Shown here: positions 49,846 to 59,753 of the stretch, piece after piece
Layout: every line of letters begins with the position of its first letter
Position numbering within the stretch: position 1 is the first letter of the stretch
Source: Azolla caroliniana
Taxonomy: Eukaryota > Plantae > Polypodiophyta
Reading direction: 5' to 3'
DNA length: 64,000 bases
NCBI GenBank assembly: GCA_043228905.1
Contig: JBHGNT010000003.1
Span: forward strand, 8,804,001-8,868,000
Notes under the pieces: model-generated
What the model was told of the DNA's origin: nothing
The model's database searches: none
What the model saw: the letters and a program-made list of their open reading frames with translations, nothing else
Program-made: the position numbers and the translations under genes

Positions 49846-52800
49846 TGTTGGGATTACGGTCCCTTCGGATGGGATGGTCGGATCCGGTTTCGGTTTCGGA
49901 TCCGGATGACGAAGACCCCGGTTTCGGCACCGGATGACGAATGTACCCGGAGAGCGATCCGGATGCAGGGACATATCCGTGAATATGTTCGCTATGGGCC
50001 CCCTGAGGCTATAGTTGTAAATAGCCCAAAGTCATATAAGTATAAATATGACTTAGGGCAAACAGTTTTACTGTTGCTGATCTTTTTTCTGTTTTTTCAC
50101 TTTAGAGGAGTGAAGAAAGAAAGTAGCCGTGAGAGAGCGAGAGAGAGAGATAGAGCGCGAGAGAGGAAGAGGTAGACGCCTCTGTGTATTTCCGCCGCCT
50201 GTGGCGAGGACAGCGAGCTCAAGGTCGTTGCCTTGCAGCTCGCCTTTGTATACTTCTCTGTATAGTGTTGGTTTGGAGTCTCGTACTCCCGTGGTTTTTC
50301 CCATCTAGGGTTTTCCACGTTAATCCCTGTGTAAACGCGTCTCGTGTATTTCTTCTTTTGGTTCCTATTTTCTGCTCCATTGATCCGCGATTACTCGGTT
50401 GTGGCCGACTGAAGAAGGTGAATCCAAGCGGTGATTCCCAACAATCTGGTATCAGAGCGACTGTTGCAGAAAATGGAAGGCGGCGGCAGCGGGCAGCCGG
50501 GGATGATGGTGCTGAACGCGCAGAATTACGCCGATTGGAAGATCAAGATGGAGGACCTTCTGATCGTTCGGGACCTGTATGAACCGATTGACAGGTCGGA
50601 AATACCGAAAGGGGTACTTGAGTCGGAGTGGAAGCTCCTGAACCGGAAAGCCGTAGCGACGATCCGACAATATGTCGATGTAAGCGTCCTACAACATGTG
50701 GCGAACGACACCAACGCATATGAGATGTGGAAGAAGCTGTCGGGCCTCTACGAGAGGAAGAATGCGTTGAACCGGACCTCCCTGATGAGGAAGATAGTAA
50801 ATCTCAAGTACCGGGACGGCGAGAGTATGGTGGAACACGTAAGCACGTTCATGGGATTCGTGAATCAGCTTGCGGCGATCAAGTTCCCGTTGGAGGATGC
50901 AATGCAAGCCATCATCCTGATGTGTACATTGCCGGATAGCTGGGAGAACTTGGTGGTGACTCTCAGCACCTCCTGCACCGAAGACAACCTGTCCTTACAA
51001 ACGGTAAAGACAAGTATTTTGAACGAAGAAGCGCGTCGGAGAGATAAAGAACCGGCCTCCGACTCGAAGGCGCTGCTTACCGAATCGGATCGGGGAAGAC
51101 AATGGAACCGGAGTCCGCAAAGACGAGAGAAGTCGGGGACCCGGTCGCGGTCAAGAGGAAGGCCCACATGCTTCCACTGTGGGAAGCCGGGGCACTTCCG
51201 AAAGAATTGTCGGCATTACCGAAAAGACAACGGAGCCGACGACACCGATTTGAAGAAGTCACCGGAGAGAAACGGTGCATACCGGGGAGCCACGGACCGG
51301 AGAGGTTCGGATCGGCGAGGGCAGGACCGGAAAGGAACAACGGCACTCGCGGCAAGTGAGGAAGAAATCATGCTCATCACCGAAGAAGGTGAACTAAACA
51401 TTGCCGGCGATGAGACGACCTGGGTGGTCGATTCCGGAGCATCGTTCCACCTGACCCCGGAGAGAAGATACTTCTCATCCTACACAGCCGGTGAGCATGG
51501 CTGTGTTCGGATGGGAAACGAAGGTACGTGCCGAATTGCCGGCATAGGAGATGTGTGGTTGACAACCCCGACCGGATGTAAAATGCTGCTGAAGAATGTC
51601 CGACACGTTCCGGAGGTCCGACTGAACCTGATTTCGGCCGGGAGGCTAGATGATGAAGGCTACACGGGTAGCATCCAGAACGGCGTAATGAAGTTCAGCA
51701 AGGGGAGCCTGATAGTGGCTCGGGCCCGGAAAGACAACACACTGTACCTGATGAATGCCCGGTTATGTCCGGAAGAGCTGAATGTGGCAGCCGACACTGC
51801 CGGTGAGCTGTGGCACAAAAGACTGTGCCACATGAGTGAGAAGGGGATGAAGAGGCTTGCAGAAGACAACCTTATTCCAGTGAAGCATGTGCACCTGGAG
51901 AAGTGCACCGATTGCCTGGCCGGTAAGCAGAACCGAACCTCCTTCCACTCAAGGCCACCGACGAGACGTAGCGCACCATTGGAGTTGGTGCACACCGATG
52001 TGTGTCAGGTAGAAACGAAGTCACATGGCGGAGCCCAGTACTTCGTAACTTTCATAGATGATCATAGCCGAAGACTGTGGACGGCACCGATGAAGACAAA
52101 GGACCAAGTGTTGTCCTTCTTCAAAGAACTCCACGCGAGAGTGGAAAGGGAATCCGGCAAGAAGCTGAAAGCGATACGAGCGGATAACGGAGGGGAATAC
52201 CGGGGGCAGTTCCAGGAGTACTGTCGCTCGAAGGGAATCCGACTCGAGTTTACTGTGCCGAAGACGCCGGAACTGAACGGGCTGGCCGAGAGGATGAACC
52301 GGACCATAATGGAGAGGGTCCGGAGTATGCTGGCACATGCGAAATTACCCAAGGGATTTTGGGCTGAGGCAATGTCGACGGCGACATATGTGATAAACAG
52401 ATCACCCTCAGTACCTTTGGACGGAGACACGCCGCAGAGAGTGTGGACTGGAAGGGAAGTATCCTACCGGCATCTGAAGGTGTTCGGGTGTCTCGCATAC
52501 GTGCATGTGGCAAAGGACCGGAGAGGAAAGCTAGATCCAAAGACCCGGCCATGCATATTCCTCGGTTACGGCGACGACGAGTTCGGCTACCGAGTATGGG
52601 ACCCGGTTGACAAGAAGATATTCCGGAGTCGTGATATCATCTTCATGGAGAACAAGACACTCGCCGACTGGGAGTCGGAGAAGAAGATGAAGAGCTCCAA
52701 GTCGACCGGTGAGGATCAACTCTACGGGGAGCAGTCCCGACCGGCAAGGGACCGGTTAGCACTCGAGGATCCGGCCGAAGACGGTGAAGAAACAGAACCG

Positions 52801-55163
52801 GCCGAAGAAGATGAAAATGATACCGGAACCGGCCCCGATCCCGATCCCGAAATGGATTCGGATGAAGAAGAAGAATCGGAAGAACCGGTTACCGAAGCTC
52901 CGGAACGGAGATATCCTCTAAGAGAGAGAAGGGCCCCCCGGAGATTTCCGGAACCAGAGCATGTGCTGCTAACCGACGAGGGGGAGCCGGAGAGCTTTGA
53001 AGAAGCAAAGCATGACACCCAGAGCCGCAGGTGGTTGAGTGCCATGCAGGACGAGATGGATTCCCTGCATGAGAACCACACATATGAACTTGTGGAGTTG
53101 CCGAAAGGAAAACGGGCACTCCGTAACAAGTGGGTGTTCAAGCTGAAACCGGGAGATGCCGGAAACCCCCCGAGATACAAAGCCAGGATCGTGGTGAAGG
53201 GGTTTCAGCAGAAGAAGGGCGTCGACTTCGACGAGATATTTGCCCCGGTAGTGAAGATGACCTCCATCCGGACGGTGCTGAGCATAGCGGCAAGCATGGA
53301 CCTCGAGGTAGAACAGATGGACGTGAAGACGGCATTCCTTCACGGTGACCTCGAAGAAGAGATCTACATGCAGCAACCGGAAGGATTCGAGAAGAAAGGG
53401 AAGGAGCACCTGGTATGCCGGTTGAAGAAGAGCCTTTACGGACTGAAGCAGGCTCCCCGGCAATGGTACCGGAAATTCGACTCCTTCATGACCGACGAAG
53501 GGTACCTCAAAACGCAGTCTGACCACTGCGTGTTTGTGAAGAAGTTCGAAGGAGGAGACTTCCTAATACTCCTCCTGTACGTGGACGACATGTTGATCGT
53601 CGGACGGGACCAGGTCAAGATACGGATGCTGAAGAAGGCTCTTCACCGAACCTTCTCAATGAAGGACTTGGGTCCGGCGAGGCAAATACTAGGGATGCAT
53701 ATCATCCGGGACCGGAAGAAGAAGCAGTTGTGGCTGTCACAGGAGAAGTACGTGACGAAGGTGCTTCACCGGTTCAACATGTCGGAAGCAAGACCGGTCG
53801 GATCGACCCTCCCGGCAAACTGCAAGCTGTCCAACAAGCAAAGTCCCAAGACAAAGGCTGAAAAGGAGGATATGATGAAAGTGCCATATGCCTCAGCCGT
53901 CGGGAGCTTGATGTACGCCATGGTGTGTACGAGACCGGATATCGGATATGCAGTCGGAGTGGTGAGCCGGTACATGAGCAATCCCGGCAAAGAGCATTGG
54001 AACGCGGCCAAGTGGATACTCCGATACCTGAAGGGCACGACAAACGTGTGCCTCCGATTCGGCTCCGGTAAGCCCGAACTCGACGGCTTCACCGATTCGG
54101 ATATGTCGGCTGATGCAGATACCAGCCGGTCCACATCAGGGTATGTGATGACGTATGCAGGGGGAGCAGTTTCGTGGCAGTCGAGGCTGCAGAAGACGGT
54201 TGCGTTGTCAACCACGGAGGCGGAGTACATGGCAGCTGTTGAAGCCGGCAAGGAAATAATATGGATGAAGGACTTCATTAGAGAGCTCGGTATCCGGCAG
54301 GAGGAGTACCGACTCTACTGCGACAGTCAGAGTGCAATCCACCTTGCGAAGAACGCGGCCTATCACTCCCGGACGAAGCACATCCAGCGAAGATATCACT
54401 GGATCCGGGAAAGGATAGAAGACAAGGAGTTCGTGCTGACGAAGATCCACACGGACGAGAACGGGTCGGATATGCTGACCAAGGTGCTCACACCCGACAA
54501 GCTGGAAGCATGCCGGAAGAGGATCGGATTGGAGAGACATCCCATGCCGAAGTGAAGGGGGAGTTTGTTGGGATTACGGTCCCTTCGGATGGGATGGTCG
54601 GATCCGGTTTCGGTTTCGGATCCGGATGACGAAGACCCCGGTTTCGGCACCGGATGACGAATGTACCCGGAGAGCGATCCGGATGCAGGGACATATCCGT
54701 GAATATGTTCGCTATGGGCCCCCTGAGGCTATAGTTGTAAATAGCCCAAAGTCATATAAGTATAAATATGACTTAGGGCAAACAGTTTTACTGTTGCTGA
54801 TCTTTTTTCTGTTTTTTCACTTTAGAGGAGTGAAGAAAGAAAGTAGCCGTGAGAGAGCGAGAGAGAGAGATAGAGCGCGAGAGAGGAAGAGGTAGACGCC
54901 TCTGTGTATTTCCGCCGCCTGTGGCGAGGACAGCGAGCTCAAGGTCGTTGCCTTGCAGCTCGCCTTTGTATACTTCTCTGTATAGTGTTGGTTTGGAGTC
55001 TCGTACTCCCGTGGTTTTTCCCATCTAGGGTTTTCCACGTTAATCCCTGTGTAAACGCGTCTCGTGTATTTCTTCTTTTGGTTCCTATTTTCTGCTCCAT
55101 TGATCCGCGATTACTCGGTTGTGGCCGACTGAAGAAGGTGAATCCAAGCGGTGATTCCCAACA
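49846..55163 (+). mobile_element. Element E: complete Ty1/copia (Tnt1/Tork-like), identical LTRs, inserted in the 3' LTR of D
   Basis: 598-bp LTRs 49846-50443 and 54566-55163, no differences seen. TSD CGCCT. PBS TGGTATCAGAGC (50447-50458, tRNA-iMet). PPT GAAGGGGGAG. Confidence 0.98.
50473..54555 (+). CDS. Element E intact gag-pol polyprotein (1360 aa)
   Basis: Uninterrupted ORF with CCHC CFHCGKPGHFRKNC, PR WVVDSGAS, GAG-pre-INT LWHKRLCH, INT LVHTDVC..NGLAERMNRT, RT LYVDDML, RH FTDSD..EAEY..KHI. Confidence 0.97.
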   Translation: MEGGGSGQPGMMVLNAQNYADWKIKMEDLLIVRDLYEPIDRSEIPKGVLESEWKLLNRKAVATIRQYVDVSVLQHVANDTNAYEMWKKLSGLYERKNALNRTSLMRKIVNLKYRDGESMVEHVSTFMGFVNQLAAIKFPLEDAMQAIILMCTLPDSWENLVVTLSTSCTEDNLSLQTVKTSILNEEARRRDKEPASDSKALLTESDRGRQWNRSPQRREKSGTRSRSRGRPTCFHCGKPGHFRKNCRHYRKDNGADDTDLKKSPERNGAYRGATDRRGSDRRGQDRKGTTALAASEEEIMLITEEGELNIAGDETTWVVDSGASFHLTPERRYFSSYTAGEHGCVRMGNEGTCRIAGIGDVWLTTPTGCKMLLKNVRHVPEVRLNLISAGRLDDEGYTGSIQNGVMKFSKGSLIVARARKDNTLYLMNARLCPEELNVAADTAGELWHKRLCHMSEKGMKRLAEDNLIPVKHVHLEKCTDCLAGKQNRTSFHSRPPTRRSAPLELVHTDVCQVETKSHGGAQYFVTFIDDHSRRLWTAPMKTKDQVLSFFKELHARVERESGKKLKAIRADNGGEYRGQFQEYCRSKGIRLEFTVPKTPELNGLAERMNRTIMERVRSMLAHAKLPKGFWAEAMSTATYVINRSPSVPLDGDTPQRVWTGREVSYRHLKVFGCLAYVHVAKDRRGKLDPKTRPCIFLGYGDDEFGYRVWDPVDKKIFRSRDIIFMENKTLADWESEKKMKSSKSTGEDQLYGEQSRPARDRLALEDPAEDGEETEPAEEDENDTGTGPDPDPEMDSDEEEESEEPVTEAPERRYPLRERRAPRRFPEPEHVLLTDEGEPESFEEAKHDTQSRRWLSAMQDEMDSLHENHTYELVELPKGKRALRNKWVFKLKPGDAGNPPRYKARIVVKGFQQKKGVDFDEIFAPVVKMTSIRTVLSIAASMDLEVEQMDVKTAFLHGDLEEEIYMQQPEGFEKKGKEHLVCRLKKSLYGLKQAPRQWYRKFDSFMTDEGYLKTQSDHCVFVKKFEGGDFLILLLYVDDMLIVGRDQVKIRMLKKALHRTFSMKDLGPARQILGMHIIRDRKKKQLWLSQEKYVTKVLHRFNMSEARPVGSTLPANCKLSNKQSPKTKAEKEDMMKVPYASAVGSLMYAMVCTRPDIGYAVGVVSRYMSNPGKEHWNAAKWILRYLKGTTNVCLRFGSGKPELDGFTDSDMSADADTSRSTSGYVMTYAGGAVSWQSRLQKTVALSTTEAEYMAAVEAGKEIIWMKDFIRELGIRQEEYRLYCDSQSAIHLAKNAAYHSRTKHIQRRYHWIRERIEDKEFVLTKIHTDENGSDMLTKVLTPDKLEACRKRIGLERHPMPK

Positions 55164-55200
55164 CGCCTCATTCCACACATCCGCGAGGAATACCTCGACA

Positions 55201-57287
55201 CCGGACCTTTGTCTTCCCTCTTCGGAACGAGATCATGTTGTGTTGCCAATGTTGCTTGATATTCGCTGTACGCAACCACGGTCGACCTAGTAACATTGGG
55301 TAGGCGCCTTGTGTCTCCAATCGTAGCACGACGGCCGAGATCGTGAACATGTGGCCTCCGAGTGTGAAGTCGAGATGGCGGATTAAACCAATGGGCGAAC
55401 GGAGCGGGTGTCGGCCATCCGAAGCCAAAAGGGGCATGGTTCCCATTGATTCAGGCCGAGTTTGAGACACGTGGATTCGCTAATAACGTTTACGCCGGAC
55501 CTGCCGTCGATGATGCATCCGTGCAGGTCTTGTCCCTTAATGATGATTCGCACGGCTGGGTTCTGAGAATCCATGAGTGGTGGACCGGTTCCTGCTTCGG
55601 TGAGGTGTACCGGTGGTGTCACAGCCGTAGTATTGGCCTGTAGTGCCGCCAGGGTGTCTCGAAATCTCGGCATGAGTGGTAGCAGTTTATGTAAGGGCAG
55701 CGAGATGCGGGAGTTGGTAAGAACATCCCATAACTGGTTGTCCTCCTCCGACGTGGGTGGTGCCAAGGTTTGTGGTACTTCACTGGGCCCGTCCCTCATG
55801 TCAGTTTGCATGCGTGCGGCATTATTTTTATTGGCCGTGTCGACCCATTCTTTTGCTGCCTGTCGTACTTCATCCTGGATTTGCCAATGAGTAGTCTGCG
55901 CTTTACTCCAGGTAGTGACTGTTTGAACATCGGCCATGATACTGTTTACCGTGGGTGCCTTGCCATGGTTGGTTGTCGGACATTGCGTGGCGTAATGGCC
56001 TGGTTGGTTACATTTAAAACATGTCACGTTGGCCGAGCTGTTGGTGTCCGCTCGGTCTGTGTGTGGAAGTTGTTGTTGTTGATCCTCGGTCTCGTTTGGT
56101 GGTGGGTTGTTCCGAGGTGCGTTGGAGTTGTGCTGGTCATGTTGAGGAGCGTCCCGTCGGCGGTTGTGATTAGGTCTTCTGTTGTTGCGTGTGTTGCGAT
56201 TGCCGTTTCACCGATCCATGCGTGAGTTCCTTCGGTCATACCGATCATCGCGATCGTCATCGTATCGAGCATAATCGTCGTGACGGTCATCGCGATAATA
56301 ATCACGACGATTATCACGTTGGTAGTCGTCGTTTCGGCGCCATCGATCCGGGGATCGCAGTTGGTCGTTATCCTGGTCGCGGTAGATATATCGCTCGTCC
56401 TGCAGAGAGTATGTATTTCGTGGCTCGATCTGGCGGACCAGTGCTGCCGTTGTGCGGTTCAGCATATTATATTCGCACTGCTCGACCGTGTGAGCTCGAG
56501 ATTGACAGATCGGACACTGTGGTCGGTGGGGACATTCGAGGGCTAGGTGTCCTGATCCTGAACACGCAGTGCATTGGAGGGCTTGGTGAAAGCGATTGTC
56601 CTCTTGGGGAAGAGTGTTTTGCAAGGACGTCATCGAGAAGGCCGTGCTGTGCTGGTTCCGATCGAGGGCGAGAACGCGTGCTATGACTTGTTCGATAGTA
56701 TGGTTGGCGAAATTTGTAAGTGCGAGAGTTGTTCGTAGAGGCTCTCGTAAACTGGATAGGAAAGTGTCCGGTATATGTTGTGCCGAGACATCATCGGCCA
56801 CTTGTCTGTAGAGATCTTGGAACCGGATCGTGAACTGCGCGACCGTTTCGTGCGGTTCCTGGCATATAGAGAAGAATTGTCGTAGCAGTTCCCGTTTAGG
56901 CACCTCGCGATGAAAAAGTTCAAGGAACTTTGTGCGCACGATTTGGAAAGTGGTGGCCTCTCCTATTTCGAGACGAGAGTACCATCGTGCGGCTGGTCCC
57001 TCGAGGGAGAGTGTGAACTCGGCAATCTTCGATGCATCGATTTCAGCCGGTGTGAGGCGGTGCGTGGAGTGGTTAGCCTGCCACGTGGATATGAAGGCAT
57101 GGACGTGTGACTCCGCGTCAGGTCCGTCGGCATATCGTGGGTATGGGTACGACATGATGTAGTACTGTGGTTCTTCTGGTAGCACCGGAAAAGGGTTTAG
57201 TTCCGGTTGGTTGACCTCCGGAGGGCTCGACGGGGGCGCTGGTGGTGAATCCACTCGCGATCGAGTGTCCGGTGGCGAGGATTGCAC
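55201..57287 (-). pseudogene. Element C gag-protease
   Basis: ORFs 57287-56208 and 56027-55383 are in the same frame (one premature TGA). Three CCHC knuckles. Protease CIIDGRSGVN..MLLGRPWL. Removing D and one CCGG rejoins KTKVR|IITEE in frame. Confidence 0.9.
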
Positions 57288-58340
57288 TGGACAAGCTCCC
57301 GATTGATCGGGAAAGGATTGGTTAGTGACCGCCGAGTCGGAAGTTCCTTCGACTGGCTCAGGGCGTCGGGCAGGTGGCCGAGACCTCGTGGTGCGAGAGG
57401 GTGCCGTAACGGCGGCTGGTGGTTACCTTCAACGAAGTTTGCTGTGCACTCACAGCTGTAACCGGGCGTGCCAAATTGTGTTACCCGTTCCTTTGGGTGA
57501 ACACCTTCGATAGATCTGCGTCTATCGGTCTTCAAGGGCGTGGTACGTGAAGGCTCGTACAGAGGCGTCGAGAGAGATACAGGGCTCAGAGAGAAAACAT
57601 TAGCGAGGTTTTGATAGACGTGGCGGCGTGAAACTCATAGGTATAGATCGAACCACAGACTCATGCAGCAAAATAGGCACAATTAAAATATATTACTATG
57701 GCAGAAAAGGATTACAGAACACGGCCTATGGCCGGTGACCTTACGAGTTTATCTACTTCGACTGACTAAGCTAGTGCTTCCGCCTATAATTTTCTTCTCC
57801 CTCCTTTTTGAGGTACTGCTTCTCATTTAAATAACTTTTCCCCTAACACACAGCCGAGCCATCGGTGGCCCGTGATACTCGGACTCGGCGTTTGCTAATT
57901 TCCTAATTTTACATTTCTGTCCTCTAGACAACACAAGGTGGGACGACGCCAGAAGGAGCCGGATGGAAGGACAGGCTTCCACATACACTAACACCACAAT
58001 CCGACCTCAAGTTGAGCTTGAGGGGGAGTGTTGAGAGAGCAAGCTCAACCGGATCCGGATCGGCTGAATAAGCTAGAGCCGGATAGGTATCCGGAAAAAA
58101 TCGGTTGGATTGGGGAGACGGATCGGAGAGTCGGATTCGAGTGTGAACCGGAAGCCTAGTAGTAGCCTAGACTACTAGGCAGTTATTGTCTTGTAGTTAG
58201 TGTCAGTCACTCGTAGGAGCATTGAAGTACACTGTACTTCTGTCAGTCCTTCTAAGGACTTGTATAAATAGTGTTGTGTAAGCACATTGTATGTACAGAG
58301 ATATACAGAGTGTTATTATTTTTGAAGAATAAGAGTTTAT

Positions 58341-58417
<77 letters not shown>
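58341..58417. repeat. Compound (CT)n-(GT)n microsatellite in the element B LTR
   Basis: Seen directly in the sequence. Confidence 0.9.
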
Positions 58418-58419
<2 letters not shown>

Positions 58420-58533
58420 CGGTCTCTCCCGTGTATGCTAAGCACTTTTAAGTTTCCATTAAACCTGTGTTTTACTCTCCATTGCTACCCGACTAAACTG
58501 GTTTTGTCAAGCTTCCACACACTAACTTTTACA

Positions 58534-59473
58534 AGATACCAATCGGTCCATGTCCGGGTATGTGATGACTTGTGCAAGGGGAGCCGTCTTGTGGCAGTCA
58601 AGGGTGCAGAAGGCAGTGACATTGTTGACCACGGAAGCTGAATACATGGAAGTTGTTGAAGCCGGCAAGGAAATAATATGGATGAAGAATTTTGTCGGAG
58701 AGCTGGGAATTTGGCAAGGTGAATTTTGACTCTACTATGACAACTGAAGTGTCATCCACCTTGCTAAGAATGTGGCCTACCACTTGAGGGCCAAACACAT
58801 CCAAAGACAATATCATTGGCTCCGAGAATGAGTGGAAGAAGGGGAGTTTGCTCTGACAAAGATCCACACACTAGAGAACGGATCCGACATGTTGACAAAG
58901 GTGTTGTCGGCAGAAAGGCTAGAAACATGTCGGAGTTGGGTTGGACTAGTGAAGCCCCATCTGAAATGAAGGGGGAGTTTGCTGAGAATTAGGTCCCTTT
59001 CAGATGGGCCGAATTCAGAACAAAGGAAAATGTAAATAGGTTTGAGTTGAGCCTACTCAAACTAGTTATGTAAATAGCCCGAAAGTTATCCAAGTATAAA
59101 GATAACTAGGGCAAACCTTATGTTAGTGTGTTCACAGACAACATGAGAGAGTAAGTTTTCTGTGTGTAGCTAGTGCATGTGAGGTCGTTGCCTCCATAGC
59201 CAATGTTGAAGAAGCGTATGAGAGTTTCTCTATTGTAACCGCCAATCGGCAAAGTGAACGAACTCAGGTCGGTGCATGTGTGTTCGTCTCATTGTATATC
59301 TCTCTTATAGTGATTTGTTTGGTCTATGTGGGCACCCGTGGTTTTCTACCTTATTTGGGGTTTTCCACGATATATATTGTGCATATATATTCTCATGTTT
59401 CTCTCTATTTTGCTTGTTGCTCCTGGCATTCCGTATTCGACTCGGTTGTGGCCGAGTTCCTGTTTTTCTATCA
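58534..59473 (+). mobile_element. Element F: decayed copia 3' end (RNase H, PPT, LTR 58980-59473), older relative of E
   Basis: 58534 onward aligns with E from ~54117 (agatacca..cggtcca..gggtatgtgatgac). Same PPT GAAGGGGGAG. LTR start and TATA region resemble E. Many stops. Confidence 0.85.
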
Positions 59474-59753
59474 TATAGTAGATCGGGATTCACATTGAGG
59501 GGTGGGATTGCCAAAAAGGAGTTCCATGATTTTATCATTGACTTAATGAAGAGGAAGACGCAACCTACTATTGAAGATGGGGCAAAACATATGAACGTAT
59601 TAATGAGTGTTAATACAACATAGGGTCTAGAGGTGAAGAAAGATTATGTTAATAGCCATTACACAAGGCCACATTGGCTAGAACTACAATTGAGACCCCG
59701 GTTTGAATAGGGTATTTGAAATAACTAGTTGTGGCATTGGTTGACCATGGTGT
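59474..59753 (+). mobile_element. Element H: decayed gag-protease fragment of a D-like gypsy
   Basis: GIAKKEFHDFIIDLMKRK..SHYTRPHW..ETPV..VALVDHG matches D gag (GIAKEFHDSIVDLVKRK..SHYSRPHW..LALVDHG). Confidence 0.75.

Larger units (their letters stand above)
42892..55200 (+). mobile_element. Element D: Ty3/gypsy of the Ylt1/Tcn2-like (Phygy/Selgy-type) group inserted in C between protease and RT
   Basis: LTRs 42892-43533 and 49239-49845 + 55169-55200 (~15 substitutions and a 3-bp indel). PBS TGGTGAACCCGACGTGA (43538-43554, tRNA-Trp). PPT GGTGGGGGCGGA. 4-bp TSD CCGG. The lineage name is inferred from RT motifs. Confidence 0.92.
35480..57933 (-). mobile_element. Element C: Athila-like non-chromovirus Ty3/gypsy LTR retrotransposon (own length ~10.1 kb), interrupted by D and E
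   Basis: 455-bp LTRs 35480-35934 and 57479-57933 (TG..CA, about 10 substitutions by eye). 5-bp TSD CAAGG. PBS TGGCACGCCCGGT (57473-57461). Domain order gag-PR-RT-RH-INT, no chromodomain, extra 3' ORF. Confidence 0.95.
34562..58533 (+). mobile_element. Element B: 3' part of a Ty1/copia (RNase H 34562-~34940, 3' region, PPT, 3' LTR 58029-58533), split by element C
   Basis: WSSKKQPTVALSSIEAKY...KHIEVHYHFI..IFTKPL is copia RNase H. The sequence resumes after C at 57939. PPT TTGAGGGGGAG (58018-58028) is followed by TGTTGAG...TTTACA. Confidence 0.85.

Noticed and set aside
43007-55290. Many 100-260 aa antisense or alternate-frame ORFs over D and E
   Set aside because: Shadow ORFs of GC-rich retrotransposon coding sequence and LTRs, with no recognisable motifs.
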